A stretch of DNA of 64,000 nucleotides from Bacteroidota bacterium (lineage in GTDB: Bacteria; Bacteroidota; Bacteroidia; Flavobacteriales_D; JABDKJ01). The notes beneath the pieces are model-generated. The model ran no database searches. It was not told where the DNA came from and saw only the letters and a program-made list of their open reading frames with translations. Below are positions 9,245 to 19,615 of the stretch, one piece after another. The stretch lies in assembly GCA_024279715.1 (NCBI GenBank), contig JAJRRH010000072.1:14572-78571 (forward strand). The letters run 5' to 3'. How positions within the stretch are numbered: position 1 is the first letter of the stretch; every line of letters starts with the position of its first letter. Both the position numbers and the translations under genes were made by a program.

Positions 9245-9246
9245 CG

Positions 9247-9933
9247 ATGGCATGGATATTAAATTTAGAAACAGCGACCAAGTCGTGTTCGGTGGCAATT
9301 GGTAAAGATGGTGACGTCGTGGCATTAAAAGAGCTTTGTACGGAGAAATTCTCGCATGCGGAAAAACTACACTTGTTTATTGAAGAAGTGATTGTTGAAG
9401 CTGGAATAACTCTCAGTGACTTGGATGCCATAGCTGTTGGAAAAGGCCCCGGATCGTATACAGGATTACGTATAGGGGTGAGCGCTGCGAAAGGATTGGC
9501 TTACGGACTCGACATCCCATTATTATCTATTTATACCCTAGAGACACTGACGGTTTGTCAAATTCGGAATTACCCTGCCGCTAAATTGTTTTGCCCAATG
9601 CTCGATGCCAGGAGGATGGAGGTATATAGTGCTATTTATGACAGGCAATTGAATCAAATTGAACCAGTAGAAGCAATTATTTTGGAAAGTGATTTCAGGC
9701 ATAAATATTTGAAGGAAGAGCAACTTGTTTTTTTTGGTAGTGGCGCGGAGAAATTAAAAGATGTTCTGCTAGATAGTCACGCTATTTATGACAAGGAAAA
9801 ATATCCTTCGAGTAGTGATATGGTATCAATTTCTGAGAAAAAATACAATGACAGTGAATTTGAAGACAAGGCATATTTTGAGCCTTTTTACTTGAAAGAT
9901 TTTATTGCGGGAAAACCCAAAAAAGCTTTTTAG
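9247..9933 (+). CDS. tsaB: tRNA threonylcarbamoyladenosine (t6A) biosynthesis protein TsaB
   Basis: ILNLETATKSCSVAI start and GPGSYTGLRIGVSAAKGLAYGL motif. Confidence 0.9.
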   Translation: MAWILNLETATKSCSVAIGKDGDVVALKELCTEKFSHAEKLHLFIEEVIVEAGITLSDLDAIAVGKGPGSYTGLRIGVSAAKGLAYGLDIPLLSIYTLETLTVCQIRNYPAAKLFCPMLDARRMEVYSAIYDRQLNQIEPVEAIILESDFRHKYLKEEQLVFFGSGAEKLKDVLLDSHAIYDKEKYPSSSDMVSISEKKYNDSEFEDKAYFEPFYLKDFIAGKPKKAF

Positions 9934-10071
9934 TTAGTGCTTGGTCGGAAATAGACGAATTTTTAGTGATGAAATTTGGACTTTCTTTCTTTAGGAGATT
10001 CCCCTTAGTGTCAGACGAAAAAATGCAGTACTGAAAAACAGCTTTGATTTTGATGTATTTCTTACCCGGTA

Positions 10072-11028
10072 CTAGTTGTGGTCTGAAGATGACTTATCAT
10101 AGAATTCATATTCAAAACGAAGGATATTTAACTCATGACTTTCCACATCTTGATCAATGATAGCTTTCAAAAGTAAAGTGTCATCAAAGTATATAAAATC
10201 AATATTGCGTTTATTGATGTCATCCCTGTATGTTTTCACCTTATTGATATTGCCCATTTTATCATAGCTAAAGACGTATTTTTCAGATAGATTCTTCTTT
10301 ACATCTTGATAAACGATTTTTTCAATTAGATAGCCCTGTGGATTGTACTTGTAGGTTTCTTTTGTTTGAATATCACCTCTTAAATAACGACCTTTTTTTT
10401 CTATAATCCTTTTCTGATCATCATAGATGTATTGCTGCTCTCTATAATTAGTTCCATCTTCATTAAAAATAAGTTTCAGTAAAGTAGAATCTGATAACTG
10501 CTGATAGGAAAAGGAGTCTATTCGTTGGATAAAAGGTGGATTATGCCCATAATTCAATCTCTCTCTCATATTAGTTTCTACCAGTTTCCCTTCAAAATTG
10601 TAGGAGTAGTGAATGGTTTTTATTTTATGTCCAACTAGTTGAGTTTGATAAGTGAGCTTTTGCTCACGATCATATCGCATGATGTTTTTAATGGTGTCTG
10701 ACACATTTGTCATTATATCAGCCTCAGTATGAGCTTCCTGTACCAATAGTCCATTGATATCAAACACCCAATTATAATATTCATGTCCTAATTTAAGTGG
10801 CTGCCCATCTTTTTTGGTTCTATTGCTTGCGGACATGCTTTTTACATGATAAGTTTTTATACACTCTTCATGAAACTCTAGGTGGTTTACCTTAAATCTT
10901 TCGTCGGCAGTGTCAATCTGCTGAGCAAAAGAAGTAGAGTATGTAAAAACGAAAATGAGAATAACTATTTTACGCACTACTTTAATTGTTTTAGGGCATC
11001 GGTAACTGCGTTTACGGGCATTTGACAT
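10072..11028 (-). CDS. Secreted repeat protein with degenerate YD-like beta-hairpin repeats; function unknown
   Basis: Signal peptide ...[13 protein letters not shown]. Recurrent Y/F-x-Y-[DN]-x-x-G-x-[LI] motifs include [33 protein letters not shown] and [11 protein letters not shown]. The start is uncertain (ATG at 11028 or 11043), and both overlap the upstream gene's 3' end. Confidence 0.6.
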   Translation of the reverse strand: MSNARKRSYRCPKTIKVVRKIVILIFVFTYSTSFAQQIDTADERFKVNHLEFHEECIKTYHVKSMSASNRTKKDGQPLKLGHEYYNWVFDINGLLVQEAHTEADIMTNVSDTIKNIMRYDREQKLTYQTQLVGHKIKTIHYSYNFEGKLVETNMRERLNYGHNPPFIQRIDSFSYQQLSDSTLLKLIFNEDGTNYREQQYIYDDQKRIIEKKGRYLRGDIQTKETYKYNPQGYLIEKIVYQDVKKNLSEKYVFSYDKMGNINKVKTYRDDINKRNIDFIYFDDTLLLKAIIDQDVESHELNILRFEYEFYDKSSSDHN

Positions 11029-13094
11029 GATTTGTTTACACAAACGTATATCATGGTTTCATCTTTCATATATTTATACTCTAATAGGGAGAGTTTGGAC
11101 TTGTTATCAGTATCTCCCATTATGAGCCTGTTCGGGATATAATTCTTCACCAATTCAGCTCTTTGCTCATGAGCATCCTCACCGACTATAGCTATTTCAA
11201 AGTATGGATTTACTTCTCTCAGCATAAGAATTCCCCAATTTGAATATCCCGCACCGTACCCAGGCATATCCTTCCCCACATTGTGAAGCATCTGACGAGA
11301 CTTTTCTAAGTATTCTTTATTGTCCAATAAATGACCAAGGTCTAACAACACCTTCGCCATACTTGAATTCGACGCTGGAATGACATTGTCTGTGATTTCC
11401 ATCTTACGAGCAACAAGAGCCTTGCTATTGTTGTCTGTGAAGAAAAACATACCTGATTCAGGATCATAAAAATGGGCAAGAGCATAATCGGATATCTCTT
11501 TTGCTTCATCCAGCCATTTTTCATCGAAAGTGACTTGATATAGCGCAATAAATGCCTCAGCAGTTAAAGCGTAATCTTCCAAAAAACCATCTATTGTAGA
11601 ACGATCATTCTTATAGTTATGGAGTAATTTTCCATCCTTGCTTTTTTGATTTTTTATAATAAAAGCAGCATTTTTCATCGCAATAGCTAGAAATTCTTCT
11701 TCACCAAAAGCCTCATAAGCGTCAGTGAGTCCTTTTATCATCAACGCATTCCAAGAGGTAAGGGTTTTATCATCAAGCCCAGGTCTAATTCTTTTGTCCC
11801 TAACCGCCATGAGTTTTTCTTTAATTCTTTGAACTCCCGATAATAGCTCTTCAACTTTTATTCCAAGTTTTTTTGCAACAGTTTCATTGTCATCCCTACG
11901 AAGAAGAATGTAGTTATCATGTTCCCATTTGCCTTTTGAATTGACATTGTAATATGATTCAGCTATTGAAAAATCATCTCCTAATATAGTTTGTAATTCA
12001 TCTTTTGTCCATACATAAAACTTACCTTCTTCTCCTTCGCTATCCGCATCTAGAGAGCTGTAAAAAGCACCGTTTTCAACGGTCATTTCTCTTTTTAACC
12101 AGTCTATCGTTTCGTATACAATATCCTTGTATAATGGTTTTTTTGTCAACTGATATGCGTTAGAATATAGGGATACCAATTGACCATTATCATAAAGCAT
12201 TTTTTCAAAATGAGGTGCTTTCCAAAGTGCGTCCGTCGAGTATCTCGCAAATCCACCACCCACTTGGTCGTAAATACCACCATAAGCCATCTTATCAAGA
12301 GTTAGAAGCACATGCTGTTCTAAGTCTTTGTCATTTTTTAATTGGGAGTATTTCAATAGGAACTCATAATTATTTGGCAAAGGAAATTTAGGCGCTCTAT
12401 TTGGACCACCCTCCTTATTGTCAAAACGATCAGACCATGTCAAAACCATTTCATCAAGAATTTCAGGTTTGAAAGCCACCTCTTCCGTATTCATTATAAT
12501 TGACTCGCTAGATTTAATACCATTTGTAAGTCTTGTGGCGAATTCCATCAATTTCTCAGGATTCTTCTCCCATTCACCTTGCAATTGTTCAAGAGTTTTC
12601 ATCCACGAATCAGTCGGAAAATAGGTGCCACCATGAAATGGTCTTCCGTCAGGCAAGGCAAAACAATTTAGTGGCCATCCACCACGCTGAGTGAGTAGTT
12701 GCACTGCATTCATATATACTTGATCTACATCAGGTCGTTCTTCTCTATCTACTTTTATACATACGAAGTGCTTGTTCATCAATGCAGCCACAGAGTCATT
12801 TTCAAAACTTTCATGTTCCATCACATGACACCAATGACACGCCGAATATCCGACACTTATAAGAACTAATTTCTGCTCTCTTTTAGCTTTTTCAAATGCT
12901 TCATCTCCCCATGGATACCAATCTACAGGATTGTATTGATGTTGTAATAGGTAAGGGGAAGTCTCATTGCCAAGATGATTCTTCTTGCGACCATCGTCAC
13001 TGTTATCTTTTTTCATTTCTTGAGCGTTAGAATTGCTGTCACATCCAAAGAGTATTATTACTATGGTGGCTATAAGGAGCGTTAGTCTGTACAT
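10977..13094 (-). CDS. Thioredoxin-domain (DUF255 / YyaL-like) protein with (alpha/alpha)6 epimerase-like domain, lipoprotein form
   Basis: [22 protein letters not shown]...[14 protein letters not shown] block typical of DUF255/YyaL. N-terminal lipobox ILFGC. Confidence 0.85.
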   Translation of the reverse strand: MYRLTLLIATIVIILFGCDSNSNAQEMKKDNSDDGRKKNHLGNETSPYLLQHQYNPVDWYPWGDEAFEKAKREQKLVLISVGYSACHWCHVMEHESFENDSVAALMNKHFVCIKVDREERPDVDQVYMNAVQLLTQRGGWPLNCFALPDGRPFHGGTYFPTDSWMKTLEQLQGEWEKNPEKLMEFATRLTNGIKSSESIIMNTEEVAFKPEILDEMVLTWSDRFDNKEGGPNRAPKFPLPNNYEFLLKYSQLKNDKDLEQHVLLTLDKMAYGGIYDQVGGGFARYSTDALWKAPHFEKMLYDNGQLVSLYSNAYQLTKKPLYKDIVYETIDWLKREMTVENGAFYSSLDADSEGEEGKFYVWTKDELQTILGDDFSIAESYYNVNSKGKWEHDNYILLRRDDNETVAKKLGIKVEELLSGVQRIKEKLMAVRDKRIRPGLDDKTLTSWNALMIKGLTDAYEAFGEEEFLAIAMKNAAFIIKNQKSKDGKLLHNYKNDRSTIDGFLEDYALTAEAFIALYQVTFDEKWLDEAKEISDYALAHFYDPESGMFFFTDNNSKALVARKMEITDNVIPASNSSMAKVLLDLGHLLDNKEYLEKSRQMLHNVGKDMPGYGAGYSNWGILMLREVNPYFEIAIVGEDAHEQRAELVKNYIPNRLIMGDTDNKSKLSLLEYKYMKDETMIYVCVNKSCQMPVNAVTDALKQLK

Positions 13095-13097
13095 TTA

Positions 13098-13571
13098 TTA
13101 TCTTTTTAAGATGTCGTCTTTGATAGAGATCTCATCTTCCATGTTTATTTTAACTTTCTTACTAATGAAATATACCTTTCCTTTTACATCTCCTTTTACA
13201 CCTACTTTTAATTTACCTGTTAGGGCTGTTTTTATTAGAATAGGTAAGAGCTTTGCTTGGTCGAGTACATCTGTCTTTACGGTAAAGGTATAGGTTTCAC
13301 TTGTTTTTTTCTTAATATTAATTGAATTTATCAAATTGGCCTTCCCCATCAAGTTGCCCTCTAGATATAAATCAAGATCTGAATCGATCATTTTAATGTT
13401 AAAAGAGTTGGGATTATCCAAAATAGCACTTACATCAAAAGTAAGAGTATTATTTTCCATTTTAACCAACTCAATTTTTTCAACAGACACTAATTCAACT
13501 TCTTGAACATTACAAGAGCTTATGAATAGTGTAGCCGAAAAAATGATAAATAGTGTTTTTATGTATTTCAT
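13098..13571 (-). CDS. LEA type 2 / NDR1-HIN1-like (WHy-type) lipoprotein
   Basis: Lipobox LFISSC followed by a beta-sandwich-like pattern (TLTFDVSAILDNPNSFNIKMIDSDLDLYLEGNLMGKA). Start taken at the ATG (13571) that yields MKYIKTLFII. Only 3 nt separate it from the downstream gene. Confidence 0.6.
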   Translation of the reverse strand: MKYIKTLFIIFSATLFISSCNVQEVELVSVEKIELVKMENNTLTFDVSAILDNPNSFNIKMIDSDLDLYLEGNLMGKANLINSINIKKKTSETYTFTVKTDVLDQAKLLPILIKTALTGKLKVGVKGDVKGKVYFISKKVKINMEDEISIKDDILKR

Positions 13572-13762
13572 AATAAATAGTATAACCGTGCAAAAATAGT
13601 GAAGAATAACCTCCAAATCAGTATGATTCCTTGTTTCTATAACGTTGAATTATTAATAACCCATGTATTGTCGATGAATTAATTGATAAAACCGATAAGC
13701 GGGGGCTCCTTTGAATCTAGATTAAAGATAAATTATTAAAGCTACAGTTCAAATAAAGAAAC

Positions 13763-15136
13763 CTATTTTGAGTGACCTTCGGCAAAATAGGAATAGAAAT
13801 ACGGTATCGTTTCAATACCTTTATAAAAATTCCATAATCCATAATGTTCATTTGGAGAATGAATCAAGTCAGTATCAAAACCAAATCCCATCAATATTGA
13901 ATCTATCCCGAGCTCCTGCTTGAATAAAGAAATAATTGGAATGCTACCGCCACTTCTTACTGGGATAGGTTTTATGCCAAAAGTTTTTTCCATTGCAGCC
14001 TCAGCAGCTCGATAACCAATCGAATCACTCGGTACCACCAGAGGTTCACCACCATGATGAGCAGTCACTTTTACTGTCACATATTCAGGAGCTATTTTTT
14101 TAAAATAATCTTCAAATAAAGCGCTTATTTTCTCCGAACTTTGATGGGGAACCAACCGCATAGATATCTTTGCAAAAGCTTGTGACGGCAATACTGTTTT
14201 GGCCCCCTCACCAATATAGCCACCCCATATTCCATTGACATCCAACGTCGGGCGAATACTTGTTCTTTCTATAGTGGTATATCCATCTTCACCATTTACA
14301 TCTTTTATTCCCAAACGGGATTTGTACCCTTCAATATCCAATGGACGTAAGTTTATTTTTTCTCGATCCGCTTCACTTACTATTTCCACATCATCATAGA
14401 AACCATCAATGGTTATTTTGCCTTTGTCATCCATTAATTTATTTATCATTTGTGATAGAACATTGATTGGATTAGCAACCGCTCCACCATATACGCCAGA
14501 ATGTAAGTCATGGTCTGGTCCAGTCACTTCTACTTCCATATACGCAAGTCCTCTAAGGCCAACCGTTATTGACGGTACGTCTTTAGAAATAATACTTGTA
14601 TCCGAAACCAGAATAATATCCGCAGCAAGTAAATCATGATTTTCTTTCACAAAACCAGATAGGCCGCCAGACCCAACCTCTTCTTCTCCTTCAATCATAA
14701 ATTTCACATTGCACGGAAGTTCATCACACTTAATCATCGCCTCTACCGCTTTTACATGCATATACATTTGTCCCTTATCATCACATGCGCCCCTGGCATA
14801 TATTTTCCCGTCACGTATCTCAGGCTCAAATGCAGGGCTGTCCCACAAATCTAACGGCTCCGCCGGCTGCACATCATAATGTCCGTACACCAAAATAGTC
14901 GGCAAGGAAGAATCCACTAATTTATCTCCATATACTACTGGATAACCAGTGGTTTCAAACAGCGCTAAATTTTCTAGACCAGCCTCCTCCATCCGTTCTT
15001 TTACCATCTCGGCAGTTGCTATCACTTGGTCTTTGTAATTTGGATCAGCACTGATGGAAGGCATTCTTAAAAGCTCAAATAGTTCTTCTAAAAATCGATC
15101 CTTTTCCTTTTGTAAGTAATTCTGTGTAGCTTCCAT
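13763..15136 (-). CDS. M20-family dipeptidase / peptidase
   Basis: VYGHYDVQP, ARGACDDKGQ and IEGEEEVGS metal-binding blocks. Start chosen at MEATQNYLQ; the ORF is also open to 15157/15160. Confidence 0.85.
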   Translation of the reverse strand: MEATQNYLQKEKDRFLEELFELLRMPSISADPNYKDQVIATAEMVKERMEEAGLENLALFETTGYPVVYGDKLVDSSLPTILVYGHYDVQPAEPLDLWDSPAFEPEIRDGKIYARGACDDKGQMYMHVKAVEAMIKCDELPCNVKFMIEGEEEVGSGGLSGFVKENHDLLAADIILVSDTSIISKDVPSITVGLRGLAYMEVEVTGPDHDLHSGVYGGAVANPINVLSQMINKLMDDKGKITIDGFYDDVEIVSEADREKINLRPLDIEGYKSRLGIKDVNGEDGYTTIERTSIRPTLDVNGIWGGYIGEGAKTVLPSQAFAKISMRLVPHQSSEKISALFEDYFKKIAPEYVTVKVTAHHGGEPLVVPSDSIGYRAAEAAMEKTFGIKPIPVRSGGSIPIISLFKQELGIDSILMGFGFDTDLIHSPNEHYGLWNFYKGIETIPYFYSYFAEGHSK

Positions 15137-15436
15137 AATCAGTATAAAAATTTTCATCAAAGATAAGTGAATATTTTTTTTCTTCGGACACTTTTTATGA
15201 CGTCCATTTTTTTATCTTGTAAAAGTTTCAACAGAAGAAATGATAAGTTTAGTTGTTTGTATTTTAATAAATTAAACTTTGTTTATATGGGATGCAAGCC
15301 ATATTTTTGATTTAGTCATTTGTGCAAAACTTTGGGGATATGTGAATAATTCCTACTTTTATTTCTGGCTAGTTATTTCGCATCTTTGTTACCCCCTCTT
15401 TTTAAGAGAATTTTTAATTATAAATAATTTTATTGA

Positions 15437-16417
15437 ATGTCCACATTTATTGAACCAATCCTACAGGAAAACAAGAACAGGTTTGTAATATTTCCTATCA
15501 AGCATCATGATATTTGGGAATGGTATAAAAAAATGGAAGCAAGCTTCTGGACTGCTGAAGAAATTGACCTTCACCAAGACATTACCGACTGGTCAGAAAA
15601 ATTAACAGAAGATGAAAGGTACTTCATTAAACATATCCTCGCTTTCTTTGCCGCTTCTGATGGGATAGTCAATGAAAACTTAGCGGAAAATTTCGTGAAT
15701 GAAGTGCAATATGCTGAGGCGAAATTTTTCTATGGATTCCAAATTATGATGGAAAACATTCATTCAGAAACGTACTCTCTTCTCATTGATACTTATGTAA
15801 AAGATGAGGAGGAAAAAGATAAATTATTTAGAGCTTTAGAGGTATTTCCTGCCATTGCAAAAAAAGCAAATTGGGCTTTGAAATGGATAGAGTCTGATTC
15901 TTTTGCAGAGAGGTTAATTGCCTTTGCAGCGGTGGAAGGAATATTTTTCTCAGGCGCATTTTGCTCTATCTTTTGGTTGAAGAAAAGAGGGCTCATGCCC
16001 GGATTGACGTTCAGTAATGAACTTATATCACGAGATGAAGGAGTGCATTGTGATTTTGCTGTACACCTTCACAATGAACACTTAGTTAACAAAGTGCCTA
16101 AAGAAAGAATTCGTGAAATTCTCCTTGATGCTCTGAATATCGAAAGAGAATTTGTGACCGAATCACTTCCTGTAAGTCTTATAGGTATGAATGCAAAATT
16201 GATGACGCAGTACCTCGAATTTGTTACCGATAGATTGCTCGGAGAACTTGGTTGTAAGAAAGAATACAATACACCAAACCCCTTTGATTTTATGGATATG
16301 ATCTCTTTACAAGGAAAAACAAATTTCTTTGAAAAAAGAGTATCTGAATACCAAAAAGCGGGGGTACTAAACAAGGATAAGGAGTCCAATAAAATCGCCT
16401 TCGATGCTGATTTTTAA
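15437..16417 (+). CDS. nrdB: Ribonucleoside-diphosphate reductase small (beta) subunit, class Ia
   Basis: Di-iron/tyrosyl-radical blocks [32 protein letters not shown] and [10 protein letters not shown]. Confidence 0.95.
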   Translation: MSTFIEPILQENKNRFVIFPIKHHDIWEWYKKMEASFWTAEEIDLHQDITDWSEKLTEDERYFIKHILAFFAASDGIVNENLAENFVNEVQYAEAKFFYGFQIMMENIHSETYSLLIDTYVKDEEEKDKLFRALEVFPAIAKKANWALKWIESDSFAERLIAFAAVEGIFFSGAFCSIFWLKKRGLMPGLTFSNELISRDEGVHCDFAVHLHNEHLVNKVPKERIREILLDALNIEREFVTESLPVSLIGMNAKLMTQYLEFVTDRLLGELGCKKEYNTPNPFDFMDMISLQGKTNFFEKRVSEYQKAGVLNKDKESNKIAFDADF

Positions 16418-16520
16418 AAACTAGTTTTAAGCAACAAAGCCGACCAGCTATTGTAAGACTAAATATACTTTGAACACATTTCGCCGTAGAAATACGGCAA
16501 TACAAAAACTAATAGAATAC

Positions 16521-18989
16521 ATGTTTGTAATAAAAAGAGACGGAAAAAAAGAGCCAATGATGTTTGATAAAATAACATCAAGAGTTAGAAAACTCTGTTA
16601 TGGTTTAAACCCAATTGTTGACCCAATCAAAGTTGCTATGAAAGTAATTGAGGGAATCTATGACGGGGTTACTACCCCTGAACTAGACTCTTTGGCTGCT
16701 GAAGTGGCCGCCACCATGACCATAGCGCATCCAGATTATGCCATATTAGCCGCAAGAATATCAATCTCTAATCTGCATAAAAACACCAAGAAGTGCTTTT
16801 CAGAAGTGATGACAGATCTCCACGAATGTGTCAATCCTAAAACAGGTAAAAAAGCATCTTTACTTGCCGAGGATGTGTTCAAGGTGATAATGGATAATAG
16901 AGATTTTTTCGACTCCTCTATTATTTATAATCGTGACTTTGGGTATGACTATTTTGGATTTAAGACTTTGGAAAGATCATACCTATTAAAGCTTGATGGG
17001 AAGATAGCTGAACGTCCTCAACACATGTTGATGAGAGTTTCAATCGGAATTCATCTAGATGATTTAGATGCAGTAATGGAGACCTATGAGTTGATGTCCA
17101 AAAAGTATTTCACACATGCTACACCAACGCTTTTTAACGCTGGTACTCCGAAGCCTCAAATGTCTTCGTGTTTCTTGCTAACTATGCAAGACGATAGCAT
17201 TGATGGAATATATGACACTCTTAAACAGACAGCCAAAATATCACAATCGGCTGGTGGAATTGGTATCGCAATTCACAATATAAGAGCCAAAGGATCATAT
17301 ATTGGGGGTACTAACGGCGCCTCTAACGGAATCGTTCCGATGCTAAAAGTATATAACGATACCGCAAGGTACGTAGATCAAGGTGGTGGAAAAAGAAAAG
17401 GATCATTTGCAATGTACCTTGAGCCTTGGCATGCGGATATTATGGATTTTCTTGATCTGAAAAAAAACCATGGTGCAGAAGAAAGAAGAGCGAGAGATCT
17501 GTTTTATGCAATGTGGATTCCAGACTTATTCATGGAGAGAGTAGAGAAAGATGGTGACTGGACACTTATGTGCCCAAATGAATGCCCTGGCTTGTATGAT
17601 ATGCATGGCGATGAGTTTAATAAAACTTATATGCGTTATGAAGAAGAAGGAAAAGGTAGAGTGACCATAAGAGCAAGAGAATTGTGGGAGAAAATATTGG
17701 AATCACAAATAGAGACAGGTACACCTTATATGTTATACAAGGATTCTGTGAATAGGAAATCCAACCAAAAAAACCTCGGTACTATCAAATCTTCAAATTT
17801 ATGTACAGAGATAATGGAGTATACTAGTAAGGATGAGGTCGCAGTTTGCAACCTAGCATCAATTGCCTTACCAATGTTTTTAAAGAAAGGTGAATTTGAC
17901 CATAAAGAACTATTCAAAATCACTAAGAGAGTAACGCGTAACCTTAACAAAGTAATCGATAGAAATTATTACCCAGTGATAGAGGCGCGTAATTCAAATA
18001 TGAGACACCGTCCAATTGGATTGGGAATTCAAGGGCTGGCAGATACATTTATCAGATTAAGAATGCCATTCACCTCTGATGCTGCAAAAGCATTGAATAA
18101 GGATATTTTTGAAACATTATATTTTGCTGCTCTAACAGCTTCTATGGAATTAGCTAAGGAAGAGGGAACTTACGAGTCCTATGAAGGTTCGCCTATCTCC
18201 AAAGGAGAATTTCAGTTCAATCTATGGGGTATGGACGATAAAGAACTTAGTGGACGATGGAATTGGGAAGGATTGAGAAAAGAGATTATGGAGAATGGCG
18301 TGAGAAATTCATTACTGGTGGCACCAATGCCAACGGCATCTACTTCTCAGATTCTTGGGAATAATGAATGCTTTGAGCCTTACACTTCAAATATCTACAC
18401 CAGAAGAGTATTGTCAGGTGAGTTTATCGTTGTGAATAAACACCTATTAAAAGATCTTGTGGAAATGGGATTATGGAACGAAAGCCTAAAGCAGAGTATC
18501 ATGAGAGCTAATGGATCAATACAACATATTGATATTATTCCACAAGATATAAAAGACCTATACAAAACAGTTTGGGAGTTGAAGATGAAGGACATTATCG
18601 ACATGTCAAGACAACGTGGCTATTTCGTTGATCAATCACAATCACTCAATCTATTTATGGAAAATGCAAACATGTCTAAATTAACTTCGATGCATTTCTA
18701 TGCCTGGAAGTCTGGATTGAAAACGGGCATGTATTATTTAAGAACGAAGTCCGCAGTGGATGCCATTAAATTTACCGTGGAAAAGGAAGAGAAAAATATC
18801 GTAACACCAGTGGATATTGAGACTCCTGTAGTTCTTGAAACTCCAAAAGTAGCACCCCAAAAACCATCTGATAACGAAGGTGTAAACAATGGTATAGATA
18901 TTCAACCGATGTCAGTAGAAGAAATGCAAGAGATAATCAAAATATCAAAAGAAGGTAGTACCGATGATTGCTTGATGTGTGGCGCATAA
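16521..18989 (+). CDS. nrdA: Ribonucleoside-diphosphate reductase large (alpha) subunit, class Ia (eukaryote-like)
   Basis: ATP-cone start [18 protein letters not shown]. Active-site blocks SSCFL, SNLCTEI, CNLASI and [10 protein letters not shown], and a C-terminal CLMCGA redox tail. The ORF is open from 16470, but the ATG at 16521 gives the canonical N-terminus. Confidence 0.95.
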   Translation: MFVIKRDGKKEPMMFDKITSRVRKLCYGLNPIVDPIKVAMKVIEGIYDGVTTPELDSLAAEVAATMTIAHPDYAILAARISISNLHKNTKKCFSEVMTDLHECVNPKTGKKASLLAEDVFKVIMDNRDFFDSSIIYNRDFGYDYFGFKTLERSYLLKLDGKIAERPQHMLMRVSIGIHLDDLDAVMETYELMSKKYFTHATPTLFNAGTPKPQMSSCFLLTMQDDSIDGIYDTLKQTAKISQSAGGIGIAIHNIRAKGSYIGGTNGASNGIVPMLKVYNDTARYVDQGGGKRKGSFAMYLEPWHADIMDFLDLKKNHGAEERRARDLFYAMWIPDLFMERVEKDGDWTLMCPNECPGLYDMHGDEFNKTYMRYEEEGKGRVTIRARELWEKILESQIETGTPYMLYKDSVNRKSNQKNLGTIKSSNLCTEIMEYTSKDEVAVCNLASIALPMFLKKGEFDHKELFKITKRVTRNLNKVIDRNYYPVIEARNSNMRHRPIGLGIQGLADTFIRLRMPFTSDAAKALNKDIFETLYFAALTASMELAKEEGTYESYEGSPISKGEFQFNLWGMDDKELSGRWNWEGLRKEIMENGVRNSLLVAPMPTASTSQILGNNECFEPYTSNIYTRRVLSGEFIVVNKHLLKDLVEMGLWNESLKQSIMRANGSIQHIDIIPQDIKDLYKTVWELKMKDIIDMSRQRGYFVDQSQSLNLFMENANMSKLTSMHFYAWKSGLKTGMYYLRTKSAVDAIKFTVEKEEKNIVTPVDIETPVVLETPKVAPQKPSDNEGVNNGIDIQPMSVEEMQEIIKISKEGSTDDCLMCGA

Positions 18990-19020
18990 AAATTTGTGCG
19001 TGACGCTCCGAAAAAATGAA

Positions 19021-19050
19021 AAAAGAGAAGGTTATCCTTCTCTTTTTTTT
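19021..19050. terminator. Bidirectional intrinsic terminator between convergent nrdA and a small lipoprotein gene
   Basis: Stem AAAAGAGAAGG/CCTTCTCTTTT with TTAT loop, T-run to 19050 and A-runs upstream. The hairpin overlaps the last codons of the minus-strand gene. Confidence 0.75.
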
Positions 19051-19400
19051 ATGTCTTCAATTCTTATTGGGTTTGCCTCAGAACATCTACTAGCCATTCT
19101 TAATGAAGTAAACTTGAACCAAACTTTGAACCCATCTACCATAAAATCTTCTTCAAGATTGGTTGGGTCAAGAAGGTAAGGATAGTCTTCCTCTTCGATG
19201 GCGATGGTATATGGACAGGAGCTATCATTCGTTGAAGCTGAGATCAATCCTTTTTTATAACCCTGTTCCCTCATTTTTTCATTTATCATATCTTGGTCAA
19301 TTTCAGAACTTACGTTGGTTTCAGCGACAGTTTTATTAGTTCTACATCCGGTAAAAACCATTAAGCACAGTACAATAAATATAGCGGTAAATTTATTCAT
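19032..19400 (-). CDS. Small lipoprotein, function unknown
   Basis: Signal peptide with lipobox MVFTGC. Its codon usage is consistent with its neighbours. No family recognised. Confidence 0.6.
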   Translation of the reverse strand: MNKFTAIFIVLCLMVFTGCRTNKTVAETNVSSEIDQDMINEKMREQGYKKGLISASTNDSSCPYTIAIEEEDYPYLLDPTNLEEDFMVDGFKVWFKFTSLRMASRCSEANPIRIEDIKKREG

Positions 19401-19570
19401 ATCAATTATATATAGAATGGAACAAAAAGCATTCCATTTTTTTGTAAAAGTAAGTAGAAAAACGTTGGTGAAAAATAAAAGGAATTCAATTTTTGAAATT
19501 TGGGAATACTATAATGCAAGTTTTTGACAAAGTGTAAAGTCATCTTTATCCCTAGTGACGAGATTAATTA

Positions 19571-19601
19571 TTTGTACTTTCGACACTTGAAAATAATTTT
19601 G
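19571..19601 (+). promoter_or_regulatory. Bacteroidota-type promoter: -33 TTTG, 19-nt spacer, -7 TAATTTTG
   Basis: TTTG at 19571-19574 and TAATTTTG at 19594-19601 match the TTTG-N19-TAnnTTTG consensus exactly. The ATG at 19616 is 14 nt downstream. Confidence 0.55.
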
Positions 19602-19615
19602 AAATCAAACAAAAC

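Noticed and set aside
15161-15436. Looked for NrdR boxes or a riboswitch in the 276-nt region upstream of nrdB
   Set aside because: Only short, weak palindromes such as CTCTT-TTT-AAGAG are present. Nothing resembles the NrdR box consensus or a known riboswitch core that I can recognise by eye.
16483-16498. GCCGTA-GAAA-TACGGC hairpin in the nrdB-nrdA spacer
   Set aside because: It has only 6 bp and no U-tract. It may be an mRNA stability or processing element, but it is too weak to call.
16521-18989. Checked nrdA for an intein or other insertion because of its 839-aa length
   Set aside because: The catalytic blocks are contiguous and in the normal order. The extra length is an acidic/Pro-rich C-terminal linker before the CLMCGA tail, which is normal for this RNR type.
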